From: Eledone cirrhosa
Lineage: Eukaryota
Assembly: GCA_964016885.1 (NCBI GenBank)
Contig: OZ024750.1
Location: 35,154,001-35,218,000, forward strand
Direction: 5' to 3'
DNA: 64,000 nt
The position numbers and the translations under genes are program-made. Positions 24,949-40,070 of the stretch are shown here, piece after piece; positions within the stretch are counted from its first letter, which is position 1, and each line of letters opens with the position of its first letter. Below the pieces are notes generated by a model. That model searched no databases and was not told the origin of the DNA. It was given only the letters and a program-made list of their open reading frames with translations.

Positions 24949-25820
24949 AAATCCTACACACACACATATATATATATATATGCATATATCTGCTATGATT
25001 ATGGACACAATATATTGTTCATTGATCAAAGCAACTGTATATATATTATAGTTTAAGCTACATTCTTAACTGAGACCCTAACCAAACATAATGAATAAAA
25101 GAAAAAGAGATTAAATAACTTCTCAATATTTGCTATGAATAGTTGACTGTTTATCAAAAGTGTTACAGTTATTATTGTACCTTATAAATCAACAACCTCA
25201 AATAAACCATTTAGAGAAGTGGACCTATAGATTGTATTGATGAATGGCTTGTGAAAGGTCAAAATATCTAAATAGGATTTTCTAACTAATTTATCATGTT
25301 GAAATATTTGTAAAATGATTTTATTTAAATGAATTTTGGCTGTCTAATAAATTGTTTCATTTCATCGTGGAAGTAATAAAGATTTCAATAAAACAAACGT
25401 GATTAAGTAGTAACGACTATGGAAGCTTTCTATTGTCATAATTATATTGATTAACTGTTCCATATATTCTAATCTCTCTTCTGCTACTTTTTTTCTGCAA
25501 AGTTAATAAATTTATTAGACTTTTCCAATAAATAATATCAATAGATTACAGAAAATATCTATTGGAAATCAATAATTCATTAAGTGGATCCACTAAAACT
25601 ATTTCATTTTTAGATTCTATTTTGATTAATTATTTAAAAAAAAAATAAAATAAAATATATATGAAAAAATTGGGAGCCCAACAGCTGAGCTCCTGCTGGA
25701 ACTAGCTGTTGAAATGGCTCAGCTGTCGGGGTCTCAAATTTTTCATATTACCCACTCTACTACCCCAAGTATCTCATATTCTAGTGAGTAATGGTCTAAC
25801 TGGTTTTTACTGCATCCATT

Positions 25821-26330
<510 letters not shown>

Positions 26331-26366
26331 TATATTGCTATTTCAGAGCTCCAATTCTAATATATA

Positions 26367-26467
<101 letters not shown>

Positions 26468-26535
26468 TGTTATACTTTGGGAGGGTCATGTTGCCAATAA
26501 GAAACGCAAGCACCTCTGATGGTTGTTCATATATT

Positions 26536-26578
26536 GTCAAAGTTCTTTCGTCACACATTCTGTGACTTCATCAGTGAC
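26536..26578 (-). ncRNA. Minimal type I hammerhead motif, family B (left arm)
   Basis: GUCA-CUGAUGA-A-GUCACA(GAAUG)UGUGAC-GAAA-GAAC-UU-UGAC. Confidence 0.65.
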
Positions 26579-26688
26579 TGGGGATTCTTTTCTTTGTTTT
26601 GTGCCTCTCCTTTGTTTTGTCCTACGCCCCAAAAACAAGATGGCGTAGGACAACAAAGGAGAGGCACAAAACAAAGAAAAGAATCTAC

Positions 26689-26733
26689 AGTCACTGATGA
26701 GGTCACAGAATGTGTGACGAAAGAACTTTGATT
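26689..26733 (+). ncRNA. Minimal type I hammerhead motif, family B (right arm)
   Basis: AGUCA-CUGAUGA-G-GUCACA(GAAUG)UGUGAC-GAAA-GAAC-UU-UGAUU. Confidence 0.65.
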
Positions 26734-28142
26734 ATATATGAACAACCATCCGGTTGTGGAATCAACCAACCAACCGGAAATTTATAATAAATTGAAGTGG
26801 TGCGTGTGTTTCTTATTGGCAACATGACCCTCCCAAAGTATAACAATATCGGTTTCAACACACGTTTTCAGATAAAGAATCTTACTAAACAAATTCAGAA
26901 ACGATATATATATATGGGGGCACATGGCTTAGTGGTTAGAGCATTGGCCTTGCAATCGAAAGGTTGTGAGTTCAATTCTCAGACCGGGTGATGTGTTGTT
27001 TCCTTGAGCAAGACACAGCTGTAGAAATGAGATGATAGGGACTGAGGTCCCTATCATTCCACTGCAAAGTGGTCGTGGAGGCGCCACGGCAAAAAAGCAC
27101 CCAGCACTCACTGTAAATGAGGTGGGTGTTAGGAAGGGCATCCAGCTGTAGAAATCAAGCCAGAATCAGTTCTCGTCCCACCCTTGCAAGCAGGGAAAAG
27201 CGGACGTAAAATGAAATGATGATGATATATATATATATCAGAATGAATGCAGTAAATATATGTATATCATCATCATCTTTTAACGTCCACTTTTGCACTC
27301 TAGTATGGGTTAGACAGGCTGTCCCATTTGAGGCAAGTTGGGTCAGGTGACCATATCCTGCTCATATAGGACTGTTTCTCACTATATTTCTATGGCTGGA
27401 TGCCCTTCCTAATGTCAATCACATTCACAGTGTGTGCTGGCAGCTTTTTGTCGTGGCACCTACACAACCACTTTACAGTGTGGGCTGGATGTTTTTGTGA
27501 TACCAACATAACTTTACAGTGTAAGGGTGGTGTGAACAGAAGTGTGAGGATGGTGTAGGGGGTGTATGGAAGAAGGTATAGTGGATTAAGAGGTGCCTAT
27601 ATATATAATTATATATATATGTGTGTGTGAGTGTGTGTATATATGTATACAGGTAAAATTCCATTATAATTAATACCATTATAACCAATTTTTTAGTATA
27701 GCAAAAGTTTTTCACTCCCCAGCCACCCGCTTAATGTATTAGGTCACTCTTGTTATAAAGAATTTTTCATTACAACAAATTTTTTTATATACTCCGTGAA
27801 TTTTGTTATGCTTATATTTTCACTGTAAACCTAAACAACTGTTTTTACTGACCAAACATCTCATATAAGTGAAAGAAATGTAAATATAACTTCCAGTATG
27901 ATTAAATAGATGGAATTAGATTAAAAATTCATTGGATTGTAATAATTATTTCTACTTTTGGCACAAGGCCAGCAATTATCTCAGTACATTACTGGTACTT
28001 TATATTATCGACCCCGTAAGGATGAAAGGCAAAGTTAACCTCGGCGGGATTTGAACTCAGATCATAAAGTGCCATAACTCTATGCTGCAAAGCATGGCGT
28101 CCGACCCTCTACCGATACTGCCAAATTGGATTGTAATAATGT

Positions 28143-28660
28143 TTAACCCTTTAGTATTCACATTACTCTATATATACTATTATATTTTCATGGTAAAGGC
28201 TTTACCTCACATAATTATCTCACATAACATTCACATTACTCTATATATACTATTATATTTTCATGGTAAAGGCTTTACCTCACATAATTATCTCACATAA
28301 CATTCACATTACTCTATATATACTATTATATTTTCATGGTAAAGGCTTTACCTCACATAATTATCTCACATAACATTCACATTACTCTATATATACTATT
28401 ATATTTTCATGGTAAAGGCTTTACCTCACATAATTATCTCACATAACATTCACATTACTCTATATATACTATTATATTTTCATGGTAAAAGCTTTACCTC
28501 ACATAATATCTCACATAATATTGAATCTCTGAGATTTTGAAAATATTTATTTTGAGAACAATACCTTAACATCAGTTTGAGCGACCAGTTACAGCCAGTT
28601 TCAACAGAGAGAGGTAGAGAATTCTGGCCGGTTTGGGCCGGTTTGAACACTAAAGGGTTA
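28143..28660. mobile_element. piggyBac-type MITE with an internal 73-bp tandem repeat (5 copies)
   Basis: ttaaccctttagt ... actaaagggttaa; units start at 28156, 28229 and onward. Confidence 0.85.
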
Positions 28661-31572
28661 ATGATGTTAATATCATTAAACTAATTTTTACTAGACAACT
28701 TTTACTGCTCTCTTCTTAAAAGGCATATCCTGTAAATAATATATCTCTATAGACAGTATTTTAATTTGTAGAAACATCTGGTTTTCATTAATGTGAAGTG
28801 TTAAATATATACCTGCTGCATGTATGGTCCTGTAACTCCTAAGGGAGTCGTAGAGGCACTGTATTGACATACAGCATTTCTAGGGTATTTTTAAAACCTG
28901 GCAGAGCTTAATCCTCTCCAGGTCTGAATACAACAGATTTCTTCCAGAGAAGGATAGAGACTGAGGGAACGGAAGTGAGAATGAGATAAGAAGAAGAATT
29001 TACCCCAGTGGTACTTTTTTTTTTATTAACCTTGAAAGGCAAAGTTGACTTTGGTGTGATTTGAATTCAGAGAGTAGAGAGCCGAAATAAATACCACAAA
29101 GCATTCTATCTGATGTTCATTGGCAGTATCGGTAGAGGGTTGGACGCCTTGCTTTCTAGCATAGAGTTACGTCCCTTTACGGTCTGAGTTCAAATCCTGC
29201 CGAAGTTAACTTTTCCTTTCATCTTTACGGGGTCGATAAAATAAAGTACCAGTAATGTACTGGGTAATTGCTGGCCTTGTGCCAAAAGTAGAAACAATTA
29301 TTATTATTATTAGTAGTAGTGATGGTGAATTGGCAGTTTTGGTAGAGGGTTGGACGCCTTGCTTTCTAGCATAGAGTTACGTCCCTTTACGGTCTGAGTT
29401 CAAATCCTGCCGAGGTTAACTTTGCCTTTCATCCTTCCGGGGTCGATAGAATAAAGTACCAGTAATGTACTGGGTAATTGCTGGCCTTGTGCCAAAAGTA
29501 GAAACAATTAATTTCATGTGAGAGTCTTTGGTGACACTGAAACAATTACAATGTATAAGAATCATTTTAACAATTTAATATTACACAAAACTGTTATATT
29601 CACCATTTTCATTTAAGTCTTAATAATTGTTTCTATTTTTGGCACAAGGCCAGCAATTATCCCAGTGTATTACTGGTACTTCATTTTATCGACCCCGTAA
29701 GGATGAAAGGCAAAATTAACCTCGGTGGGATTTGAACTCAGGCTATAAAGGACCGTAACTCTTTGCTGCAAAGCATGGCATCCGACTCTCTACTGATACT
29801 GCCAATCCACCACCCTTTATGTCTTAATAATAGATTATGAAGTATGGAAATGCTACAACATACACTGTCTCTCATGAGATGCCATGGAACCGTGTCAGTG
29901 ACCAAACCATAGAAGTGGAATGAAACTTTTTCATGCTTCGTAAGAGATGGTATTATTAAGATAATAAAGTACCTGTAATACACTGAGTAATTGCTGGCCT
30001 TGTGCCAAAAGTAGAAATAATTATTAACATAATAACTGACCCCATGCCGCCAAAAATGACGGCTAATTGTAATATCTATACATAATATAAAAAAGAGATG
30101 TTTGTTGGTTGTTTGTTGGTTGGTTAGTTAGTTCTTTCACACTCACTCACACAAGTGATACAAACACACAAACACACATCTGTGACGAATCTTAGAATGC
30201 TGGTCTTCTATAGTTTCTCAGCTTCTCCTTCCGCCGTCAGTATGTATGCAATAATTATAACATATACACACAGATGTGTGTCATCATCATCATCATTTTA
30301 TGTCCGCTTTTCCCTGCTTGCAAGGGTGGGACGGGAACTGATTCTGGCTTGATTTCTACAGCTGGATGCCCTTCCTAACACCAACCTCATTTACAGTGAG
30401 TGCTGGGTGCTTTTTTCCGTGGCGCCTACATGACCACTTTACAGTGTGGGCTGGGTGCTTTTTTGCCGTGGCACCTCCACGACCACTTTGCAGTAGAATG
30501 ATAGGGACCCCAGTCCTTATCATCTCATTTCTACAGCTGAGTAAACTGGAGTAATGTGAAATTAAGTGTCTTGCTCAAAGAAACAACACATCACCAGGTC
30601 TGAGAATTGAACTCACAACCTTTCGATTGCAAGCCCAATGCTCTAACCACTAAGCCATGTGAGTATGTTATAATTATTTCTTCTAAGTGTGTCTGTTTAT
30701 ATATATATATCCGGGTGATGTGTTGTTTCCTTGAGCAAGACACTTTATTTCACATTGCTCCAGTTTACTCAGCTGTAGAAATGAGATGATAGGGACTGGG
30801 GTCCCTATCATTCCACTGCAAAGTGGTTGTGGAGGTGTCACGGCAAAAAAGCAGCCAGCACTCACTGTAAATGAGGTTGGTGTTAGGAAGGGTATCCAGA
30901 ATCAGTTCCCGTCCCACCCTTGCAAGCAAGGAAAAGCGGACGTAAAATGATGATGATGATGATGTATGTGTAGATTTGTGTGTGCTTGTAATTCTATTGT
31001 CTATGTATCTTTCTAAATAAATACACACAAACGCATACACTTACACATATATATATAAATATAATTTACACAAACACATATATACACACACACAAACATT
31101 CACATAATCATAACAACCAATGTGTGTAGCAAATTTGCTATACATATACACACGCTCACACAGGTGTAGCGAATGTTAGTTGCTGCTTAGACACCCCTCC
31201 TACTTCAGTTGCTGTAATCATCCCTTCCTTCCTCAGTCATCTCTAGTGTGTGATGGACAAATACACATTGGCTTTTATGTTAGTAGATAAAAGAGTTACA
31301 GCCCTTTACTTTCTGAGTTCAAATCCCACCGAAGTTAGCTTTGCCTTTCATCCTTACAGGGTTGATAAAATAAAGTACCAGTCAAACTGGGGTCGATTTA
31401 ATCAACGTCCCCTCCCCCAAATTGCTGGCCTTGTGCCTAAACCAAGAAACCATTATTAAGATATAAAAAAAACATTAACAGTCTTGTGTTCTTAAATGTA
31501 TAAAATAATTCTTCTGCAGTATAATTGTTATAATCAATAAACAAAAATCAAGTAATTATTGATTATTCATAT

Positions 31573-32250
31573 CTTATACAATGTATCCTACATGTTGGAT
31601 CTGATACAATATATCTAACATGTGTATATCTGATGCAATATATCTAACATGTTGGATCTGATACAATATATCTAACATGTTGGATCTGATACAATATATC
31701 TAACATGTTGGATCTGATACAATATATCTAACATGTTGGATCTGATACAATATATCTAACATGTTGGATCTGATACAATATATTTAACATGTTGGATCTG
31801 ATACAATATATCTAACATGTTGGATCTGATACAATGTATCTAACATATTGGATCTGATACAATATATCCTACATGGTGGATCTGATGCGATATATCTAAC
31901 ATGTTGGATCTGATACAATATATCTAACATATTGGATCTGATACAATATATCCTACATGGTGGATCTGATGCGATATATCTAACATGTTGGATCTGATAC
32001 AATATATCTAACATATTGGATCTGATACAATATATCCTACATGGTAGATCTGATGCAATATATCTAACATGTTGGATCTGATACAACATATCAAGCATGT
32101 TGGATCTGATACAATATATCCTACATGTTGGATCTGATGCGATATATCTAACATGTTGGATCTGATACAATATATCTAACATGTTGGATCTGATACAATA
32201 TATCTAACATGTGTATATCTGATAAAACATATCTAACATGTATATGATAC
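31573..32250. repeat. Tandem minisatellite, 28-bp unit, ~24 copies
   Basis: Unit atgttggatctgatacaatatatctaac. Confidence 0.97.
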
Positions 32251-32658
32251 AGCATATATTTGATACAGCATCTCATGTAATTTGACAGTTAACTATGAAC
32301 CACTTGTTTAAACCTTCCAATTGGTCAAATCTACATCAAGTTTTATGTGGAATATTGTTTAAATGAAGTGTATTTTATGTCTGAGGATACTGAATCAGTG
32401 AAAAATATAATGGAAATAATCCAATAATCTTTAAAGTATCTCCAATTTCATCTTTTATGCCACCAAGAGACCAAAACCCATCATTCAAAATAGCTTTAAA
32501 AGAAATTGTATATTGTAGTGTAAATAAAAAAAATATGACTTGCAAACATTGCTGAGATTTTCACATTGATACTGTCTTTCCTATAAACAACTTGTAAAGG
32601 GTCTCTCTCTCTGGTATAATGTAGTTAGTCTCTCTCTCTCTCTCTCTGGTTTGATGTA

Positions 32659-32727
<69 letters not shown>

Positions 32728-35177
32728 TCTCTGGTATGATGTAGTTGATGTTTAACAGGAAATTTGGTTGGTTAATAGACAAGCTAGGGGAGGGGGCTGC
32801 TTCTCGAGGGTTGTAATTCTGGAATGATTGGAAAATTGTTTAGTGTCAGATTTGGGAATGAAACTGAAGATAGAAAGAGAAGCTGGTGCAACAAATGATG
32901 AAGTTAGAAGTCGGAGGTATGTTCAGGGGACAAAAGGTTGTAATAGTGTAGAAGAAATATCTTCTTTTCTTCTTACCTATTCTTTGCTCTTGCTCGATGA
33001 GATTGGGAGGGGGGGGTCGTCCTAGGTCATTGATCACAGAGGCATGATTGAGTGTAGAGCCAACCAGGTCCACCAGTACCCTTCTCCATCACTGGTGGTC
33101 GCCAGTCCCTCTGTATCCTCCGAGGTGACATCGAGCCTCTGGAGATCTTCTTTGATGACATCTCGCCATCAAGTGTGGGGGTCTGCCACAGGACCTTTAT
33201 CAGCCTGTAGTTGCTGCATCAAACAAGAGTAAGGATCTGATAGGATGATCTGGTGGGAGGTGGATGACATATAAAGAAGAAATAATCAATATATTTTTAT
33301 ATTGGTTGCTACATATATCTCTGTGTTGGCTGTTACATGTTGCTAAATAAGTCTTTTGCCAGTCAGTCAAGCTCCAATCTCTTTATTTATACAATTTAGA
33401 AGTTGTGTAACAAGCTACACCAGTTATTAATCATACAAATGAACCTCAAAATTAACAAATATTTTATATAATTTGTTCAACCATTTTAGAAATATGCAAT
33501 TGTGCAATTTATTTATATTTGATTTGATTAAATTCTTTGTCTTTCTTGAAGTTAACCAAGTTTAACAACCATACATCTTTTACTTAGAATATTTCTTCTT
33601 TCAAAGCATTATCAAAACATTCTTAAAATCTAGATTCACTGATAATCTATTTTATGTGACATACAAATAAGCTCTAGATTTTAGAAATTTTGATAAAATC
33701 AAGACATTTCTAAAGCTATTGAAGCATACAAACATGGTTAGCACTTTTCTTCTGAATTACCATGTTTATTTGTGTATAATGTACATTTGTAATTAATGTA
33801 TACTTGTGTATTATATGAATTTGTGTATATGTGTACTTGTGTATAATGTGCTCTTGTGTGTAATGCACACTTGTGTATAATGTGCACTTGTGCATAATGT
33901 GCAGCCTAATTATAGGCTATTATATCTTTAATGTTATGATGTATGGAAAATAGCTGTTGAGTCATATTTTATATAATTGCTGTTTGAAATATTCTGAAAA
34001 AGTTCACACATCCTAAAATAACAAAAACAAATTCAAAAATCACCTTTGACCTTTATTGGTGTCACTTACTGTAAGGTTAACCTAGTGGAAATCACTTTCT
34101 TTCTAGACCATGTATTTTTTTTTCTAGAAAATCTGTTTGTGTTTGATAGTAATGGTGTACTTACTCTTTGGTTTTAATAATAGGGTTGGGTGGAATAAGC
34201 AGGGAGGGGGGGTTTGGAAAACCGGTAATTTTTCTAGGTTGTCTCTGTTGAATTTTCTTAAAAAACCAGAATTAGTTGTTTCGTTTACATATTGACACCC
34301 CAACCCATCCTATTTATTTTATAACATATGAGATTTCTAGTAATGTTCTTTTTTGTCATGTATAATGTTTTTTAATGTATAAAAAAATTGTTACAGGAAT
34401 GCAACCATTTAAAATAAATTTTTGCTGGAGATAGATCTCCAAAATTTAATAATCAGGGAGGGGGGGGGGGGTATTTTTGGAGACCCATGAATAGATAAGT
34501 TTATACTCAATTTTACTATTCAGTTTCTACATTTTTATACATACTCATGTTATCACAAAACAACAAAATATTTATCATTCATTAAAAGTGTGAATATTTT
34601 ATAAACTTCTTTAACCACTTTTTAATGTATTGTTTTTAAATGGTCTAAAGATTTTTATTTTGACGATCAGATATTTAGGATTAAATTTTCAGAAAAGGAA
34701 ACAAAAAATGTTTAAACCAATCCATTCATATTTTTTTCATATATAATTTTGTGATGCATGAATGATATTGAAACCCACATAGACCCTGAGCAAGATTGTT
34801 GGATAACATCCATGAGCTCAGCTGGTCTCGCCTGGGGATCCAGTTGGATCAACTGGAGATAGTTGCTTCTGACAGGAACCGCTAGAAAGAATGTTTCAGG
34901 ACTCTGCCCCCATGACACTCTGAGAAAAAAGTGGATGAAGAAGAAAAAGAAGAAGAAAAGACCCTACATAGATAATGTATATGTAATAGATAATGTATAT
35001 GTAATAGATAATGTATATGTAATAGATAATGTATATGTAGTAGAAATTTCTGACAAGTTGAATAAAGAAAAACAATAAACCCAGAAAATGTCCTGTTGCT
35101 ACCTATGTCACTTCTATTTACTAACTGCTTCATTTCAATAATTATTTTAATTAGTCCAGGGTTGACATTATTTCCTA

Positions 35178-35541
35178 ACAAAAACACACCCAGTCGACTC
35201 TGTAAGGTGACTGTATTGATGACACAACAAAAAGTGCACAGTTCACTCTGTAAGCTGGATGTGCTGGTGACAACAAAAAGTGCAATGTCCACCCTGTAAG
35301 ATGGTTGTGCTGGTGATATCACAAAAAGCACCCAGTCCACTCTGTAAGGTGGTTGTGTTGGTGGCATGACAAAAAGCACTCAGTCCACCCTGTTAGGTGG
35401 TCATGCTGGTGATATCACAAAAAGCACCCAGTCCACCCTGTAAGGTGGTCATGCTGGTGGCACAACAAAAAGCACCCAGTCCACCCTGTAAGGTGGTCAT
35501 GCTGGTGTCACAACAAAAAGCACCCAGTCCACCCTGTAAGG
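35178..35541 (+). repeat. Degenerate ~48-bp tandem repeat related to the SINE family 2/RTE 3' subrepeat
   Basis: Unit caaaaagcacccagtccaccctgtaaggtggtcatgctggtgatatca; a similar array lies inverted at 11490-11730. Confidence 0.85.
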
Positions 35542-38207
35542 AACCTTATAACTATAATACACCAAAATCTATAATCAAAGCAAGAGAATAAAACCGAAAA
35601 ATAAACCTCATCAATTCATCACCAAGTGTGTCAAGCAGTCACACAAAATAATGGTTGTCGGAAATTTTTGAGGTACGCCAACACTCTCGCAACATTGCCA
35701 TGGGTGATGGTGGGGCTAAGGCACTGAAACAGCTAGGCACCCTCACCAAGAGCATCACCTGATACCTTGGTAAAGTGAGCCGCTAATGATAAGAACTTTG
35801 TTGTCAGCGGCCTAGCTTCAGCAATATTTATGATTTGTTGGAGGAATGATATATATTTCAATTGTTCAAGTTAAACTTCTTAAAACCTTGTTTAACCCTT
35901 TCATTAACATGTTTCTAATGAAAGACATTGCCAATGATTTTCAGTGAATTTAGAAAATAAAAATTTGGAGGTGTTTAGTAATTAACTTTTCCATTGTTAA
36001 GCTGTTGTTTTTTTACATAAAAATAGGGTGTAAGGTTTTTAAATAAATATAAACACTTTAAAACAAATAGTTTTTTGATGATAGAACCAAGGCCAGTTTC
36101 AGGTGGTTTGCCATCAAAAAGTTTTAATTAGAACACAGGCACCAGTGACCATAGAACTAGGGACAGTTTCAGGGATTTTGTTTGATATTGGATGATACCG
36201 ATAGACATTCAAAATATATCTCAAATTAATGCTACAGTAAGGTGTTCACTGATCTGAAAAGCTGGATTGCTCTCAGTTTAACTTTGGATGAATCTATAGA
36301 CATTCAAGATCTACCAACTATAAACAAAATCTTTGACTTATAAAAGATTCAACAACAGAACCTTCTAGCTGCTTTACACTTTCCCTTGCTTTCCATTTTT
36401 TCTTTATCTTTTTTCTTTATGTTTAATTTTTTTTGTTTTTTTTCTTCTATAAATTCAAATTTTTTCCTTTATTTTTATTTTCACCTATCTCTGAATATCT
36501 TTGTCTATCTTGTTTATTTTTTTTTTTGTTTCTCAGTTGTAAGAAGTACTAGATACAGACTCTAGTCTGTCATGGCTAACTAGCTCTATACAAACGTTTA
36601 AATTGATTAATCCTTTAGCATTTACATTACTCTACATATATTATTGTATTTTTATGCTAAAGACTTTATCTTACATAATTATCTCTTGTAATATCAAAAT
36701 CTACGAGATTTTAATATTATTTATTTTAACATACATTAACATCTGTATGAGTGACCAGTTACAGTCAGTTTGAACAGAAAAAGGTGAGATAATTCTGGCC
36801 GGATATGTCCGGTTTAAATGCTAAAGGGTTAAATAAATAAATAAATAAATAAATACACATTTTAAATAGTCATATGTATTCACTATATTACAAATGAAGG
36901 AAAATATAAAAGAATTCTTGGTGTTGATAAGCTTCAAGGAAATCATGAAAGGTGCTGACATACAAAAAAATGTAATTGACAAAGTGTTATTAAATGTTCA
37001 AGTATCATTCCATAAAAGTCATTAGAGAAGAAGGTAGGTCAGTATCCTAACCTAGTTGATCCCTTGACACAAGATCCTAAGTACCTAAATCCCTATTTAT
37101 TTACTGTATCATCCATTGGGAGTATTTAGAGAACAGCTACTTCTAGTTTAATGAGGATGTCATAAACAATATTTTAGAAATTGTATATTTCATTGGGACT
37201 TGTCGCATGTGCACAAACACTGACTGTGTATTAAGCATTGTTGATGATCAGCTGGAGCTTCTAGAGAAGCCATGTGATATTTCATTTTAACCCACCTTGC
37301 CTAAGTACAAAGCGAAACCTACAGTCAGTAGGCACCTCTTAATCAAATATACACCCCTCTCTCACTACCCCAACTCCCCACCCCCACCAACACCACCCCT
37401 TTCTCTGTAAAGCTATGTTGGTACCACAACATCCAGTCCTAAATAAATGAGGTTGTGTAGGTGTCACGCCAACAAAAACACACAGTCCATGCTGTAATGT
37501 GGCCGTGTAGGTAACATGGTAAAAACCTCCCAGTCCACACTGTAAACGTGGTTGGTGTTAGGAAGGGCATCCAGCCATAGAAAACCTGCCTATACGAGCT
37601 AGACAACCAATCCTGCCTCAAATGGGACAATTCCCATCTAAACTCATGCTAGTGTGGAAGATAGACGTTAAACGATGATGATGATGATGGTGATGTATAG
37701 GGCGGTGAATTGGCAATATCAGCAGAGAGTCAGACACCATGCTTTGCACCATAGAGTTACGACCCTTTACTGTCTGAGTTCAAATACCACCGAGGTTAAC
37801 TTTGCCTTTCATCCTTACTGGGTCGATAAAATAAAGTACCAGTAATACACTGGGATAATTGCTGGTCTTGTGCCAAAAGTAGAAACAATTATATTGTATT
37901 GTTGTAAGAGATGGTTGTTAATTAACAATCTTTTAAAATATGTTTGGTTGGTCTTTTGGAACCAATCATTGCTTTCGTGAAAGAAAAGATTTGTTTACCC
38001 GAGAGTAGGTCACAAATAGTTACAAGATCTGCTCTGCTTTATAGATGTAATACCACAAATTGTTTCAGGATCTGGTGTTGTTTACAGATGTAATGCAGCA
38101 AATTGTTTTAACACCCTACCAGCTAGGGGTTGAAGTATTAACTGCAAAAATGAAGATTCAATAAATACCTTCTATAGACAGAGACTTCTTGATATATACA
38201 TTGATGA

Positions 38208-40070
38208 AATAAAACTGTGTTACTATTAATAAAACTGTGTTACTATTAATAAAACTGTGTTACTATTAATAAAACTGTTACTATTAATAAAACTGTGTTA
38301 CTATTAATAAAACTGTTACTATTAATAAAACTGTGTTACTATTAATAAAACTGTGTTACTATTAATAAAACTGTGTCACTATTAATAAAACTGTGTTACT
38401 ATTAATAAAACTGTTACTATTAATAAAACAGTGTCATTTTTAATAAAACTGTGTTACTATTAATAAAACTGTTACTATTAATAAAACTGTGTTACTATTA
38501 ATAAACTGTTACTATTAATAAAACTGTGTTACTATTAATAAAACTGTGTTACTATTAATAAAACTGTGTCACTATTAATAAAACTGTGTTACTATTAATA
38601 AAACTGTTACTATTAATAAAACAGTGTCATTTTTAATAAAACTGTGTTACTATTAATAAAACTGTTACTATTAATAAAACTGTTACTATTAATAAAACTG
38701 TGTTACTATTAATAAAACTGTGTCACTATTAATAAAACTGTGTCACTATTAATAAAACTGTGTTACTATTAATAAAACTGTTACTATTAATAAAACTGTG
38801 TTATTATTAATAAAACTGTGTTACTATTAATAAAGCTGTGTCACTATTAATAAAACTGTTACTATTAATAAAACTGTATTACTATTAATAAAACTGTGTT
38901 ACTATTAATAAAACTGTTACTATTAATAAAACTGTGTTACTACTAATAAAACTGTGTTACTATTAATAAAACTGTGTCACTATTAATAAAACTGTTACTA
39001 TTAATAAAACTGTGTTACTATTGATAAAACTTTGTCACTATTAATAAAACTGTTACTATTAATAAAACTGTGTTACTATTAATAAAACTGTGTCATTTTT
39101 AATAAAACTGTGTTACTATTAATAAAACTGCATTACTATAAATAAAGCTGTGTCACTATTAATAAAACTATCACTATTAATAAAACTGTTACTATTAATA
39201 AAACTGTGTCACTATTAATAAAACTGTTACTATTAATAAAACTGTTACTATTAATAAAACTGTTACTATTAATAAAACTGTGTTACTATTAATAAAACTG
39301 TGTCACTATTAATAAAACTGTTACTATTAATAAAACTGTGTTACTATTAATAAAACTGTGTTACTATTAATAAAACTGTGTTACTATTAATAAAACTGTG
39401 TCACTATTAATAAAACTGTTACTATTAATAAAACTGTGTTACTATTGATAAAACTTTGTCACTATTAATAAAACTGTTACTATTAATAAAACTGTGTCTC
39501 TATTAATAAAACTGTGTTATTATTAATAAAACTGTGTTACTATTAATAAAACTGTTACTATTAATAAAAATGTGTCACTATTAATAAAACTGTGTTATTA
39601 TTAATAAAACTGTGTTACTATTAATAAAACTGTTACTATTAATAAAACTGTTACTATTAATAAAACTGTTACTATTAATAAAACTGTGTCACTATTAATA
39701 AAACTGTGTTATTATTAATAAAACTGTGTTACTATTAATAAAACTGTTACTATTAATAAAACTGTGTCACTATTAATAAAACTGTGTTATTATTAATAAA
39801 ACTGTGTTACTATTAATAAAATTGTGTTACTATTAATAAAACTGTTATTATTAATAAAACTGTTACTATTAATAAAACTGTGTCACTATTAATAAAACTG
39901 TGTTATTATTAATAAAAGTGTGTTACTATTAATAAAACTGTTACTATTAATAAAACTGTTACTATTAATAAAACTGTTACTATTAATAAAACTGTGTCAC
40001 TATTAATAAAACTGTGTTATTATTAATAAAACTGTGTTACTATTAATAAAACTGTGTTACTATTAATAAA
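38208..40070. repeat. Tandem minisatellite, mixed 20/18-bp units
   Basis: aataaaactg(tg)ttactatt. Confidence 0.98.

Noticed and set aside
36890-38200. Coding-like composition (also 6640-7420 and 43000-43350)
   Set aside because: Frames interrupted by stops and no recognisable motif; probably ancient transposon debris.
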